Shown here piece after piece: positions 20,284 to 30,391 of a stretch of DNA of 64,000 bases; position 1 is the stretch's first letter; each line of letters opens with the position of its first letter. A program made the translations under genes and the position numbers. The notes under the pieces were generated by a model that was not told the DNA's origin, did not search any database, and saw nothing but the letters and a program-made list of their open reading frames with translations. This DNA comes from Bacteroidales bacterium (GTDB lineage: Bacteria > Bacteroidota > Bacteroidia > Bacteroidales > VadinHA17): assembly GCA_029932855.1 (NCBI GenBank), contig JAOZPG010000010.1, forward strand, positions 33,097-97,096. Direction: 5' to 3'.

Positions 20284-20313
20284 AAAAGGATCAGCAATGA
20301 TCCTTTTTTTTTT
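20284..20313 (+). terminator. Intrinsic terminator after rpmH
   Basis: AAAAGGATCA-GCAA-TGATCCTTTT hairpin with GNRA loop, followed by a long T run. Confidence 0.88.
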
Positions 20314-20354
20314 CATAATTTTACAACCTTAATTGCTTTTATAGATTATGGATT

Positions 20355-21458
20355 ATGGAATTTCCGGAAATAAAAACAGCTGCGATAAAGGATATTTATG
20401 AGAAGGTATTATCGGGAACAAGAATAAGTTGCGATGAGGCTCTTGTACTCTATACTGAGGCAGAGCTTGGTGAACTTGGGATAATGGCCAGTCATGTATG
20501 CAAAAGTCTGAATGGGGACAATGTATATTTTAACAGGAATTTTCATTTCGAACCTACCAATATATGTATCTATAACTGTAAGTTTTGTTCTTATAAAAGA
20601 AATATCAATGAACCCGGTAGCTGGGAATATGGTTACGATGAGCTACAAAAACGATTGGATGCTTATAAAGGGAAAGAACTCAGTGAAATACATATAGTGG
20701 GGGGGGTGCATCCCAAACGTGATCTTCATTATTACGGGAAGATGCTACAGCTTGTAAAAAAGCAAAGGCCCGATATACATATAAAGGCATTTACAGCAAT
20801 TGAACTCGATTTTATGATCCGTAAAGCGGGGATGAGTCTTGAGGAGGGATTGCTTGCATTGAAAGATTACGGTCTCGATTCCATTCCCGGGGGCGGTGCC
20901 GAGATATTTGACGAGGAAATAAGAAGGCAGGTATGTGAAGAGAAATCAAGTTCTGACTTATGGCTTAACATACACAGGAAAGCACATGAGCTGGGAATAC
21001 CCTCTAATGCAACTATTTTATACGGACATATTGAGAATTATTCCCACAGAACAGATCATCTCAACAGGTTGAGGGAGTTGCAGGATGAGACCGGGGGCTT
21101 TAATGTGTTCATTCCTCTTAAATATAAAAAAGAAAACAACCAGCTTTCGGAAGCCGGCGAGGTATCGGGTATTGAAGATCTCAGGAATTTTGCAGTATCA
21201 AGGATATTCCTTGATAATTTCCCACATATAAAAGCTTACTGGCCCATGTTGGGTAAAGAGCTTACCAGGCTTTCACTTTCCTTTGGTGTTGATGATATTG
21301 ACGGGACGATTGATGATTCAACAAAGATATACTCTATGGCCGGTTCGGAGGATAAGGCTCCCGGTCTCAGCAGCGGGGAGCTTATCGGTATTATTAAAGA
21401 TGCCCGTCGCAGTCCCGTGGAGAGAGATACTCTTTATAATATAATAAAGCGGTATTGA
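20355..21458 (+). CDS. mqnE: Radical SAM CofH/MqnE family, probable aminofutalosine synthase
   Basis: EPTNICIYNCKFCSY (CxxxCxxC), HIKAFTA.E, PGGGAEIF, LQDETGGF, HIKAYW.M, DD.DGT, ERDTLY. HIKAYW favours MqnE over MqnC. Confidence 0.8.
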   Translation: MEFPEIKTAAIKDIYEKVLSGTRISCDEALVLYTEAELGELGIMASHVCKSLNGDNVYFNRNFHFEPTNICIYNCKFCSYKRNINEPGSWEYGYDELQKRLDAYKGKELSEIHIVGGVHPKRDLHYYGKMLQLVKKQRPDIHIKAFTAIELDFMIRKAGMSLEEGLLALKDYGLDSIPGGGAEIFDEEIRRQVCEEKSSSDLWLNIHRKAHELGIPSNATILYGHIENYSHRTDHLNRLRELQDETGGFNVFIPLKYKKENNQLSEAGEVSGIEDLRNFAVSRIFLDNFPHIKAYWPMLGKELTRLSLSFGVDDIDGTIDDSTKIYSMAGSEDKAPGLSSGELIGIIKDARRSPVERDTLYNIIKRY

Positions 21459-21508
21459 TCATATAATTTTTTTTATATCTATTCGTTAATTAATAAACAT
21501 TTAGATAA

Positions 21509-22351
21509 ATGTCAGCAGCTAAAAGTTTTTTACGATTCATTATCAGCAAGGTATTCTTAAAAAATCTGGGTATCGCAGCCATACTTACAATTGTAATAAT
21601 AGTACTTGTGTTTTCCGGACTGCACCTGTTTACCCAGCATGGAAGAACAAGAGCTGTTCCCTCTTTTTACGGACTGGACCCTGATGCAGCAGCTGAAATG
21701 GCAGATGATAATAAGCTCAGGATAGAGATAATTGACTCGGTTTATAATGTGGATGCTGAGAAAGGTACTGTTGTTGAGCAAAATCCTCTGCCCGGTAAGA
21801 TGGTGAAAAAAAGCCGCAGGATATTTCTTATTATAAATGCCCGTAACAGGGAGATGGTTATTATGCCAGATATTGTTGGAGTAACTCACAGGCAGGCCAA
21901 GGCAACACTGGAGATGACAGGCCTGGAGATAGGCAGGTTAGGTTATGCTCCTGACATTGCCGTGAATAATGTTCTTAAACAAATGTATAAGGGTAAGGAG
22001 ATTGAGCCTGGAGATACTATAATAAAGGGTGCACATATTGATCTTGTCCTGGGAACAGGTCTCAGTAACAGGAGGACAGGCGTACCCGATCTGACAGGGA
22101 TGAGTTTTGAACAGGCAAAAGACCGGATACTGCGTGCTTCCCTGAACATGGGTGCTGTGCTTTATGACATATCTGTAATAAACGGGGAAGATTCAGCAGC
22201 AGCTTTTGTATGGAAACAAAATCCGGAATATAGTGAAGACAGGAAGTTGAGATTGGGATCACCTGTATATATCTGGTTAAGTGTTGATTCACTTCGCTTA
22301 CCGCAGCCTGATACATTAAGCAATAATTTTCAGGATGAAGTACCCCGCTAA
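21509..22351 (+). CDS. PASTA domain membrane protein
   Basis: N-terminal TM, T.HG...VP, three PASTA-like repeats (VP..G...A...Q.P..G). Confidence 0.9.
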   Translation: MSAAKSFLRFIISKVFLKNLGIAAILTIVIIVLVFSGLHLFTQHGRTRAVPSFYGLDPDAAAEMADDNKLRIEIIDSVYNVDAEKGTVVEQNPLPGKMVKKSRRIFLIINARNREMVIMPDIVGVTHRQAKATLEMTGLEIGRLGYAPDIAVNNVLKQMYKGKEIEPGDTIIKGAHIDLVLGTGLSNRRTGVPDLTGMSFEQAKDRILRASLNMGAVLYDISVINGEDSAAAFVWKQNPEYSEDRKLRLGSPVYIWLSVDSLRLPQPDTLSNNFQDEVPR

Positions 22352-24203
22352 TTACAGGCTTCTGCTTTCTTTGTTGTTCACAACGCTTTCACTAAGCTTG
22401 TGGGGACAGGAGGCACTTGTGGGCCTGGAAGAGAATTCATTGCTCAGGAATTATCACAGTGAAGTGAAAGCCTCAGTGAAAGCATTAATGACTACCGACA
22501 CCCTGGGACTTCCGTTTTTTGACGATTTCTCAAAAGAAGACATATTCCCCTCGCCTGATAAATGGGAAGACAGGGAAGTTTTTATAAATACTACATGGGG
22601 AATTCATCCTCCTTCCCTGGGAGTGGCAAGCTTTGATGTCTTAAATGAACAGGGACTTATATATGAATATGCCGAGACATATGGTTTTATAGCCGATCAT
22701 TTAACATCTGTGCCGCTGGATCTTAGTAGCGGGGGCCCCGGGGATACTTATCTAAGTTTTTATTACCAGCCCGGTGGACTGGGAGATATGCCCAATGAGG
22801 GAGATTCTCTTTTTCTGGAATTCCTGTCTCCTTCTGATACTGTCTGGGACAGGGCCTGGGCTGCCGGAGGACCAGAAACTGATTCTGTACCGGAGTTCAG
22901 GCATGTTATGATACATATAGACAGCCTTAAATACCTGGATAAAGGATTCAGGTTCAGGTTTATGAACCTTGCTAGTATAAGCACTTCGGGTGATATCCCT
23001 GGTATCAGGACTAATTGTGACCACTGGCACATAGATTATGTGTTTCTTGATACCGACAGGACCCTTAATGATACTGTTCCGCATGATGTTGTGATATCAG
23101 AGCCCATGCAGTCGATACTCAATAATCATGAAGCTATGCCCTGGCGGCATTACAAAGAGAATATTTATAATGAAATGGGTGGCTATATTCCCATTATTTA
23201 TACCAATCTTGATTCAATCACAAGAAATGTAACAAGAGATTTCCAGATATGGGATGTTTATGATGATATGGAATCTCATTCCTATTCTGCAGGTGCAGAA
23301 AACATCAGTCCCTGGCAAACTATTGAATATAATTCAAACCTTCTCTGGAATTTTGGTTCTTCACAGCAGGATTCTGCCCTGTTCAGGATAAAAGCATGGC
23401 TTGTTACCGATGACTTTGATAAAAAAGTAAATGATACAGTTGTTTTTTACCAGCATTTTGCCAACTATTTTGCTTATGATGACGGTATCCCTGAAGCAGG
23501 TTACGGATTAGCCGGCGAAGGAAGTGAGAATATGAGTGTCGCCTACAGCTTCAGGTCATATATTCCGGATAGTTTGCAGGCAGTAAATATTTTCTTTAAC
23601 AGGTCATACCTTGATGAAAATGACAGTTACTTTCATCTTACTGTCTGGAATGATAATGAAGGACAACCGGGTGATATAATTTATTCAGATGAGAATAAGA
23701 AGCCAAAGTACAGGGATAGTCTTAACTGTTTTGTGACTTACCCCCTTGATGAAAAAGTACCGGTTGATGGTATCTTTTATATTGGCTGGCAGCAAACATC
23801 CAAGGTTTTTCTTAATATAGGATTTGATAAAAACAGGAATAAAAACAGCAAGATACTGGTACAGAAGATGGGAGAGTGGAACATGACAATATATGAAGGT
23901 GCTTTAATGATGAGACCTGTTGTGGGTGGGAATATTTTAAGCTCAATACCGGAACGATCTGCAGATATACAGTTCGAGATATATCCAAACCCGGTATCCG
24001 GCATGCTTAAGTTAAGATATGTCCCTGTTGTGCGTAGCACAGGACAGGAAGTGAAGATATATGATTCATGGGGCAGGCTGGTGAGATATTATGAATATCT
24101 GCCCGCCGAAATTGATGTCTCCTTTCTTTCTCCCGGATTGTATATATTTGAACTGAAAGATGCCTCAGGCATATGCAGGAAGAAATTTATAAAAAACAGC
24201 TAA
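22335..24203 (+). CDS. Secreted protein with T9SS type A C-terminal sorting domain
   Basis: Signal peptide, LPFFDDFS and AYDDG.PE.GYG motifs, C-terminal IYPNPV...IYD..GRLV...L..GLY...KKFIK. Confidence 0.85.
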   Translation: MKYPANYRLLLSLLFTTLSLSLWGQEALVGLEENSLLRNYHSEVKASVKALMTTDTLGLPFFDDFSKEDIFPSPDKWEDREVFINTTWGIHPPSLGVASFDVLNEQGLIYEYAETYGFIADHLTSVPLDLSSGGPGDTYLSFYYQPGGLGDMPNEGDSLFLEFLSPSDTVWDRAWAAGGPETDSVPEFRHVMIHIDSLKYLDKGFRFRFMNLASISTSGDIPGIRTNCDHWHIDYVFLDTDRTLNDTVPHDVVISEPMQSILNNHEAMPWRHYKENIYNEMGGYIPIIYTNLDSITRNVTRDFQIWDVYDDMESHSYSAGAENISPWQTIEYNSNLLWNFGSSQQDSALFRIKAWLVTDDFDKKVNDTVVFYQHFANYFAYDDGIPEAGYGLAGEGSENMSVAYSFRSYIPDSLQAVNIFFNRSYLDENDSYFHLTVWNDNEGQPGDIIYSDENKKPKYRDSLNCFVTYPLDEKVPVDGIFYIGWQQTSKVFLNIGFDKNRNKNSKILVQKMGEWNMTIYEGALMMRPVVGGNILSSIPERSADIQFEIYPNPVSGMLKLRYVPVVRSTGQEVKIYDSWGRLVRYYEYLPAEIDVSFLSPGLYIFELKDASGICRKKFIKNS

Positions 24204-24221
24204 GGAAGATTATCTATAAAC

Positions 24222-25259
24222 ATGCCGGAACAGATTTTACCAGGTGAAGAGAAAGAACTTTATGAACATTTTCATATTGATGTTGACAGGGGACAGACTA
24301 GCCTGAGGATAGATAAATTCCTGGTCAATAAGCTTGAGAATGCTTCCCGGTCGCGAATACAGGCCGCCGCCCAGGCCGGAAATATTCTTGTAAATTCAAG
24401 GCAAGTAAAACCAAACTACAAGGTTAAGCCCGGAGACAGCATTTCAATAGTGCTTGCATACCCTCCCAGGGAGTATGAACTGATACCTGAGGATATTCCC
24501 CTTGATATAGTATATGAAGATAATGACATTGCCATAGTGAACAAGAAGGCGGGAATGACGGTTCATCCGGGGATAAGTAATTACTCGGGTACCCTTGTAA
24601 ATGCTCTGAGCTGGTATTTTAAAGACCTGCCCCTTTTCAGTTCGGGTGAGTTCAGGCCGGGACTGGTACACAGGATAGATAAGAATACTTCGGGGCTGCT
24701 TGTTGTGGCTAAAAACGAACTTTCGCTGAACAGGCTGGCAAAACAGTTTTTTGATCACACTGTTGACCGGAGGTACCAGGCGCTGGTATGGGGAATGCCC
24801 CCGGACAAGGAGGGAACAATTACCGGACATATAGGCCGCAATCCCAAGAATCGTACAGTAATGAGGGTGTTTCCCGACGGGAGCCAGGGTAAGCATGCAG
24901 TTACTCATTATAAAGTACTTAAGGATCTTGGATATATATCGCTTATTGAATGCAAGCTTGAAACGGGAAGGACACACCAGATAAGGGTGCATTTACGTTA
25001 TATAGGGCATCCTCTTTTCAATGATAGTGAGTACGGGGGAAATGCCATCCTCAGGGGAACCACCTTCTCGAAATACAAGCAATTTGTTGAGAACTCATTT
25101 AAAATTATACCACGGCAGGCTCTTCATGCCAAATCACTCACCATAACACATCCTGTATCGGGCGAGAGGCTTTATTTCGATTCTGAGCTTCCTGCCGATA
25201 TGAAAGCTATTATTAAGAAGTGGGAGACATATACTTCATCACGAAAAGAACTTAAGTGA
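24222..25259 (+). CDS. rluD: RluA/RluD family pseudouridine synthase with S4 domain
   Basis: RIDKFL S4 domain, VHRIDKNTSG, LETGRTHQIRVH, RQALHA. Confidence 0.9.
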   Translation: MPEQILPGEEKELYEHFHIDVDRGQTSLRIDKFLVNKLENASRSRIQAAAQAGNILVNSRQVKPNYKVKPGDSISIVLAYPPREYELIPEDIPLDIVYEDNDIAIVNKKAGMTVHPGISNYSGTLVNALSWYFKDLPLFSSGEFRPGLVHRIDKNTSGLLVVAKNELSLNRLAKQFFDHTVDRRYQALVWGMPPDKEGTITGHIGRNPKNRTVMRVFPDGSQGKHAVTHYKVLKDLGYISLIECKLETGRTHQIRVHLRYIGHPLFNDSEYGGNAILRGTTFSKYKQFVENSFKIIPRQALHAKSLTITHPVSGERLYFDSELPADMKAIIKKWETYTSSRKELK

Positions 25260-25397
25260 GCAGAGCTTAGTGTTTTTTTGATTACCGGCTTTTTTACAAT
25301 AATAATCCCATGTATTTGATACAGTTCTGTGACTAATATGATTAAGTTGGGATAATTCTGATATATTTGCTGGAATTTTATTTTAAAGCATTAATAA

Positions 25398-26513
25398 ATG
25401 AAAAATCTTTTTTACTTTTTTGCTGCAGCTATCTTGCTGCAATCCTGTTCTACTGAACCCGGCTATGTTATCAATACACAACTTGACGGAATTACAGACG
25501 GCAAGGCCTTTCTTGTACAAAGAATTGATGGCGAATATGTTAATGTCGATTCTGCTCTTATTGAAAACGGGAAGTTTATCATGCAGGGCTCAGTTGTTAT
25601 ACCCGATGTATTTGATCTGAAGATTGACGGAAAAAGGGGAGCAAAAAGATTTTACCTCGAAAACTCAGTGATTGAGATAAGAGGAAACGCCGATTCTCTT
25701 CGCGAGGCGGAGGTGTCAGGCTCACAAACTAACGATGAGTATGGTGTATATACCGATACACTTTATCAATATTATGATGTGTTGAGGGGATATTCATTAA
25801 AGATGAGGGAAGCAAGGGCCGGGAAAGATGAAAGCCAGGGAGAAAAGGATCTTGCCGGTCTCGAAGAGGAGTATATGGCAAAGTCAGATTCAGTGTATGA
25901 TGAGATGGTCTCATACCAGATGGACTATCTTAAGGCAAATCCTTCTTCATATTTATCCCCTTCCATACTTCAGGCTAATTCATATTCAATGGATGCTACT
26001 GAACTTGAGGAATACCTGTCCGCAATGGATGAATCGCTGTCTGCTTCCAATATTGTAAAGAACCTGCAGGCAAGGGTTGAGGTATTAAAGAAAGTTGCAA
26101 TTGGTCAGCCTGCTCCCGATTTTACTCAAAACGATTCTATGGGCAATCCGGTATCACTGTCATCCTTTAAAGGTAAATATGTGCTTATTGATTTCTGGGC
26201 TGCATGGTGCGGACCATGTCGTGGTGAAAATCCCAATGTTGTTAAGGCATACAATACGTACAACGACAAGGGATTTGAAGTACTGGGAATATCTCTCGAC
26301 GATAACAGGGACAGCTGGTTAAAAGCAGTTAAGGATGATCATCTCAGCTGGACACATCTGTCTGAGCTTAACGGCTGGTCTAACTCGGCAGCCAGGCTGT
26401 ACGGGGTAAATGCCATTCCTGGAAATTTCCTGATTAACGATGAAGGAATAATAGTGGCCAGGAATATACGCGGGGAGGAGCTGCAGGAAAAGCTGGCAGA
26501 GATCTTTAATTAA
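25398..26513 (+). CDS. TlpA/AhpC-TSA thiol-disulfide oxidoreductase lipoprotein
   Basis: Lipobox LQSC, APDFTQ, DFWAAWCGPCR.ENP, cis-Pro AIP. TATATTTG at 25362-25369 upstream. Confidence 0.92.
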   Translation: MKNLFYFFAAAILLQSCSTEPGYVINTQLDGITDGKAFLVQRIDGEYVNVDSALIENGKFIMQGSVVIPDVFDLKIDGKRGAKRFYLENSVIEIRGNADSLREAEVSGSQTNDEYGVYTDTLYQYYDVLRGYSLKMREARAGKDESQGEKDLAGLEEEYMAKSDSVYDEMVSYQMDYLKANPSSYLSPSILQANSYSMDATELEEYLSAMDESLSASNIVKNLQARVEVLKKVAIGQPAPDFTQNDSMGNPVSLSSFKGKYVLIDFWAAWCGPCRGENPNVVKAYNTYNDKGFEVLGISLDDNRDSWLKAVKDDHLSWTHLSELNGWSNSAARLYGVNAIPGNFLINDEGIIVARNIRGEELQEKLAEIFN

Positions 26514-27002
26514 TTATTTTTTCAATATCAGCTCAATATTCCTGTCAAATACTTCAGTCTCGTAGTAGGGGTTAAAATCAGGATTGGCTACTTGTTTTCC
26601 TGACTCAGTATCAAAGAAACCCATTATGAACTGTGCGGGCAGGGTGTAGATCAGCATTTCATTGTAACCCATTACCGGGGGGTATTTGGTTAGTACCTCT
26701 GAGAAATGAGATCCGCTGTTTACCAGTTTCCGGTTAATTGACTCTATGAGCTCGTTGTTTATCTGTATTACAATGGCTACTTTCCCATAGGCCCTGCGGA
26801 TATTTATGAAATATGTGAGTTCTATAATATCATCCGGAGAAACATGATCGGTAGTGTTTCCCAGGTGGTTCTCAAACATAAAGCCTTTATGCATAATCTT
26901 TTCTGCAAGTCTTGTATCTCTTAGCCTGTGAAGAAAAGTGGCCAGTTTTTTATCAGTACCGATAAAACTGCTTAGTTCTTTTATAATGTCGGGATCATCC
27001 AT
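26514..27002 (-). CDS. Hypothetical protein, possible ADP-ribosyltransferase-like fold
   Basis: 162 aa ORF filling the gap between genes. Fold motifs are described in findings. Confidence 0.6.
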   Translation of the reverse strand: MDDPDIIKELSSFIGTDKKLATFLHRLRDTRLAEKIMHKGFMFENHLGNTTDHVSPDDIIELTYFINIRRAYGKVAIVIQINNELIESINRKLVNSGSHFSEVLTKYPPVMGYNEMLIYTLPAQFIMGFFDTESGKQVANPDFNPYYETEVFDRNIELILKK

Positions 27003-27169
27003 AAGGGCGGATTAAATATTTTATGATTCATTGAACACAAGAAATTATATTCTAATGTGCTTAGAAATTTTATTCTAAGATAAGACAAAGAAAGGAAATA
27101 CTATAAATGAATTATATGATAAGATATTTTTAACTTTATACATTATTGAAAATAAATGATTTTGAACGA

Positions 27170-28570
27170 ATGGAACGAATAAAATATGATCTGTTGATAA
27201 TTGGCAGTGGTCCCGGAGGCTATGTGGCTGCAATAAAGGCTTCACAACTCGGACTGAAAGTGGTGGTGATAGAGAGGGATGAGATAGGTGGGATATGCCT
27301 TAACTGGGGTTGTATCCCTGCCAAGGCATTATTAAAGACTGCCCAGGTAATGGACTATATAAAGCATGCCGGGGATTATGGCATAGATATTAAGGGAAGC
27401 ATTGAGCCCGATATGAAAAAAATAGTTGAGCGTAGCAGGAATGTTGCCGAGGGCATGAGCAAGGGGGTTCAGTTTCTTTTCAGGAAGAATAAGATTGATG
27501 TTATCAAAGGTTCAGGGAAACTGGTGTCGGCTAATGAGGTTGAGGTCAGTTCGCCTGATGGGAAAACAGAACTGATGGTGGCAGATCATATAATCCTGGC
27601 AACAGGGGCAAGGTCGAAAGAGATCCCCGGGCTTAAGCAGGATGGCAAAAAGATAATTGCATACAGGGAGGCGCTGACACTTAACAGGATACCTGAATCC
27701 ATGATAGTTGTCGGTTCGGGTGCAATAGGAAGTGAGTTTGCATGGTTTTACCATTCCATGGGAACAAAAGTAAGCCTTGTGGAGTTCCTGCCTCATATTG
27801 TGCCCGTTGAGGATGAAGAAGTATCAAAGCAGCTTGAAAGATCGTTTAAGAAAGCTAAGATTAAAGTGATGACCGGTTCGGCTGTGGAATCTGTTGATAT
27901 ATCCGGAAAGCTCTGTAAGGCAAAGCTGAAGACCAGGAAGGGTATTGAAGAGATTGAAGCAGAGCTGGTACTTTCAGCTGTGGGTGTCAGTCCCAATATT
28001 GAAGGACTGGGACTTGAAGAACTTGGCATTGCAACAGAGAATGGCAGGATAAAGGTTGATGACTATTATAATACCAGCCTGAAGGGGGTTTATGCAATTG
28101 GAGATATTGTTCACGGTCCCGCCCTGGCCCATGTGGCATCGGCTGAAGGGATAATATGTGTTGAAAAAATAGCGGGTAAGGATCCCGCGGCCCTGGATTA
28201 TGAAAATATTCCTTCCTGCACCTATACTTCCCCGGAAGTTGCTTCTGTGGGTATTACCGAGTCTGCTGCCAGGGAAAAGGGACTGGAAATAAAAGTTGGT
28301 AAGTTTCCTTTTACCGCTTCAGGTAAAGCCAGTGCTGCCGGCAGGAGAGATGGTTTTGTAAAGCTTATTTTTGATGAAAAATACGGGGAACTGCTGGGTG
28401 CCCATATGATAGGGGACAATGTAACTGAGATGATAGCTGAGATAGTGGTGGCGAGGAAGCTTGAGACCACTGCACATGAAATGATAAAAAGTGTACATCC
28501 GCACCCAACAATGTCGGAAGCTGTTATGGAAGCGGCGGCAGCAGCATATGATGAGGTGATACACCTGTAA
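27170..28570 (+). CDS. lpdA: Dihydrolipoyl dehydrogenase
   Basis: GSGPGGY, GGICLNWGCIP, GSGAIG.E, HPHPTMSE. Start at ATG 27170 preferred over TTG 27146. Confidence 0.97.
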   Translation: MERIKYDLLIIGSGPGGYVAAIKASQLGLKVVVIERDEIGGICLNWGCIPAKALLKTAQVMDYIKHAGDYGIDIKGSIEPDMKKIVERSRNVAEGMSKGVQFLFRKNKIDVIKGSGKLVSANEVEVSSPDGKTELMVADHIILATGARSKEIPGLKQDGKKIIAYREALTLNRIPESMIVVGSGAIGSEFAWFYHSMGTKVSLVEFLPHIVPVEDEEVSKQLERSFKKAKIKVMTGSAVESVDISGKLCKAKLKTRKGIEEIEAELVLSAVGVSPNIEGLGLEELGIATENGRIKVDDYYNTSLKGVYAIGDIVHGPALAHVASAEGIICVEKIAGKDPAALDYENIPSCTYTSPEVASVGITESAAREKGLEIKVGKFPFTASGKASAAGRRDGFVKLIFDEKYGELLGAHMIGDNVTEMIAEIVVARKLETTAHEMIKSVHPHPTMSEAVMEAAAAAYDEVIHL

Positions 28571-28594
28571 TTTTTTGAGCTGAATTATTATATT

Positions 28595-29701
28595 ATGAGA
28601 GTAAATAAAAGCGGGGCCCGTTATTCGGCCATAGTAGGCATAGGAGAAAAAATAAAGGAACTCAGTAAGCAAACAGCCAGGGAATATCTTTTCCTGAACA
28701 GGGGGGTCAATGCGGTTTGTAATATAAACCTGAATGAGGTGGTAAAAGATATTGATTTCAACTCGGGTACTATACAGGTTTACCCGCCTAATTCCGGTTT
28801 CCCCAGGCTTAAATCTGCTATTAACGAGATATACTTTCATAATAGAACCAGGGATGATAATATTACCATTTCTGCAGGAGGTATGGGTGGGCTCGACCTT
28901 GTTTTTCAGACCCTGGACATAGATAAGATATTGCTTCCAAGGTTTTACTGGGGTGCTTATGCTAATATTTTACTTATCCGTAATGTGCCCAACCAGACCT
29001 ATAACAGTCTTCCTGAATTGAAAGCTCTGGCAGGCAGCATGGCAGGTACTGCAGTGATTATTTGTGATCCTAATAATCCTGTAGGAAACAAGTATGATGA
29101 TGCGGAAGTGCTTGAAACAGTTAAGCTGCTTGAATCAAAAGGTGCGGTTGTGGTCTTTGACAGCCCTTACCGCAGGGTGTTTTACGACAGGGATGAACCA
29201 ATGTTCGCTGAACTTGCACAGCTTGATAACGTAGTTATAGTTGAGAGTTTCAGTAAGTCTGTAGGCCTGTCCGGACAAAGGCTGGCATTTGTACATTCAG
29301 GCAATGAGGAATTTAATAATGAACTGGGAATACGTATTCTTTATGCAAATAATGGCATTAATGGTTTTGCACAGGAGCTGGTAAGCCGCTTGCTGGTATC
29401 GGAGGAAGGGAAAAAGGCTGTTGATAACTTCAGGAAGGAGACCGTAAGAGATATAGGGCTGAATATTAGGTATTTGAAAGAAAAAGGTCTCCTGGCTGAT
29501 AATGAATTTTATTCCGATTCTGATCCTATGGGGATTTTTGTCATTGTTAATAAAACGGAAAAGGAATTGCTTGAAAAATACATAGGTAGTGTTTCTCTGA
29601 GTTATTTTACAAAAGATGAAAAACAATGGGCATCACAGTTCTCAAGGCTGTGTGTTTCAGTTCCCCATTCCGGCTTTGTAGAGTTTTTCAGCAGTTTCTA
29701 A
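28595..29701 (+). CDS. PLP-dependent aminotransferase class I/II
   Basis: PNNPVG, DSPY, ESFSK..GLSG.R PLP-lysine motif, C-terminal Arg. Confidence 0.85.
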   Translation: MRVNKSGARYSAIVGIGEKIKELSKQTAREYLFLNRGVNAVCNINLNEVVKDIDFNSGTIQVYPPNSGFPRLKSAINEIYFHNRTRDDNITISAGGMGGLDLVFQTLDIDKILLPRFYWGAYANILLIRNVPNQTYNSLPELKALAGSMAGTAVIICDPNNPVGNKYDDAEVLETVKLLESKGAVVVFDSPYRRVFYDRDEPMFAELAQLDNVVIVESFSKSVGLSGQRLAFVHSGNEEFNNELGIRILYANNGINGFAQELVSRLLVSEEGKKAVDNFRKETVRDIGLNIRYLKEKGLLADNEFYSDSDPMGIFVIVNKTEKELLEKYIGSVSLSYFTKDEKQWASQFSRLCVSVPHSGFVEFFSSF

Positions 29702-30375
29702 TAGTAATAATCTATTTCCTTACTGTAAGCAGATCCTTCGTAGTTGAGGACAAGAATGAACTTTGTTGAGTGAGCATTGGAATTTTGCAGGGAGCTGATA
29801 TCAAATGATACATGATCTCCTATCCATGCCTCGCAAAGATCTCCGTTGGCATTATGGCACAGGGCCAGCACCGGCAGCATTCCCTTTGAGGTATTTTTCA
29901 TTGTTGGTAGTATTGTTAAAGAAAAATCATGCTCATGGCAGCCACCACTATAGTGCAGCGCCAGGCCCAGGCAATCGCCATTTATTCCGAGGGTGTCGAG
30001 GCTGAAAGGGTCGGAGGGGAGTTTTGCAGAATAGGGGTTTAAGTCTTTGCACTCCAGCTCCCTTATGCTATCTATTCTTACTGTCTTCCCGACCATGCAG
30101 ATGCTCATATTGCTTAATTCGGTATAGGTCAGTATCACCCTTTGCCCGTCCATCAGCACAAAGTTCTCATCATTTATTTCAACGGGTTCCAGCTTATCAC
30201 CATTAATCAGCTCAATGATAAAACCACAGCCGTCCAGGCCTGTGTAATCACGAACAATACCTTTTACTTCGTTCTTAATTATAACAGGATTATCCTCACA
30301 GCTGGAAAAGTTTAAAAAAACAGATGCCAGTATCAGTATAACAAAATGTTTCTTTTTCATGATCCAGATTTTCAT
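29698..30375 (-). CDS. NigD-like lipoprotein
   Basis: Lipobox FSSC, N-terminal OB-like G.VRDYTGLDGCGF...DGQRV, C-terminal GD.L...YSGGC.EH.F.L...L.HNA..D.CEA. Confidence 0.65.
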   Translation of the reverse strand: MKIWIMKKKHFVILILASVFLNFSSCEDNPVIIKNEVKGIVRDYTGLDGCGFIIELINGDKLEPVEINDENFVLMDGQRVILTYTELSNMSICMVGKTVRIDSIRELECKDLNPYSAKLPSDPFSLDTLGINGDCLGLALHYSGGCHEHDFSLTILPTMKNTSKGMLPVLALCHNANGDLCEAWIGDHVSFDISSLQNSNAHSTKFILVLNYEGSAYSKEIDYYY

Positions 30376-30391
30376 AAATGAGAGTATCGTA

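Noticed and set aside
25398-28570. Selenocysteine or stop-codon readthrough in redox genes
   Set aside because: The TlpA and LpdA active sites use ordinary Cys codons, and no in-frame TGA interrupts these genes.
28595-29701. Aminotransferase with DSPY instead of DE.Y as a degenerate enzyme
   Set aside because: The PLP-binding Asp, Tyr, Lys and Arg residues are all retained, so this is ordinary family variation.
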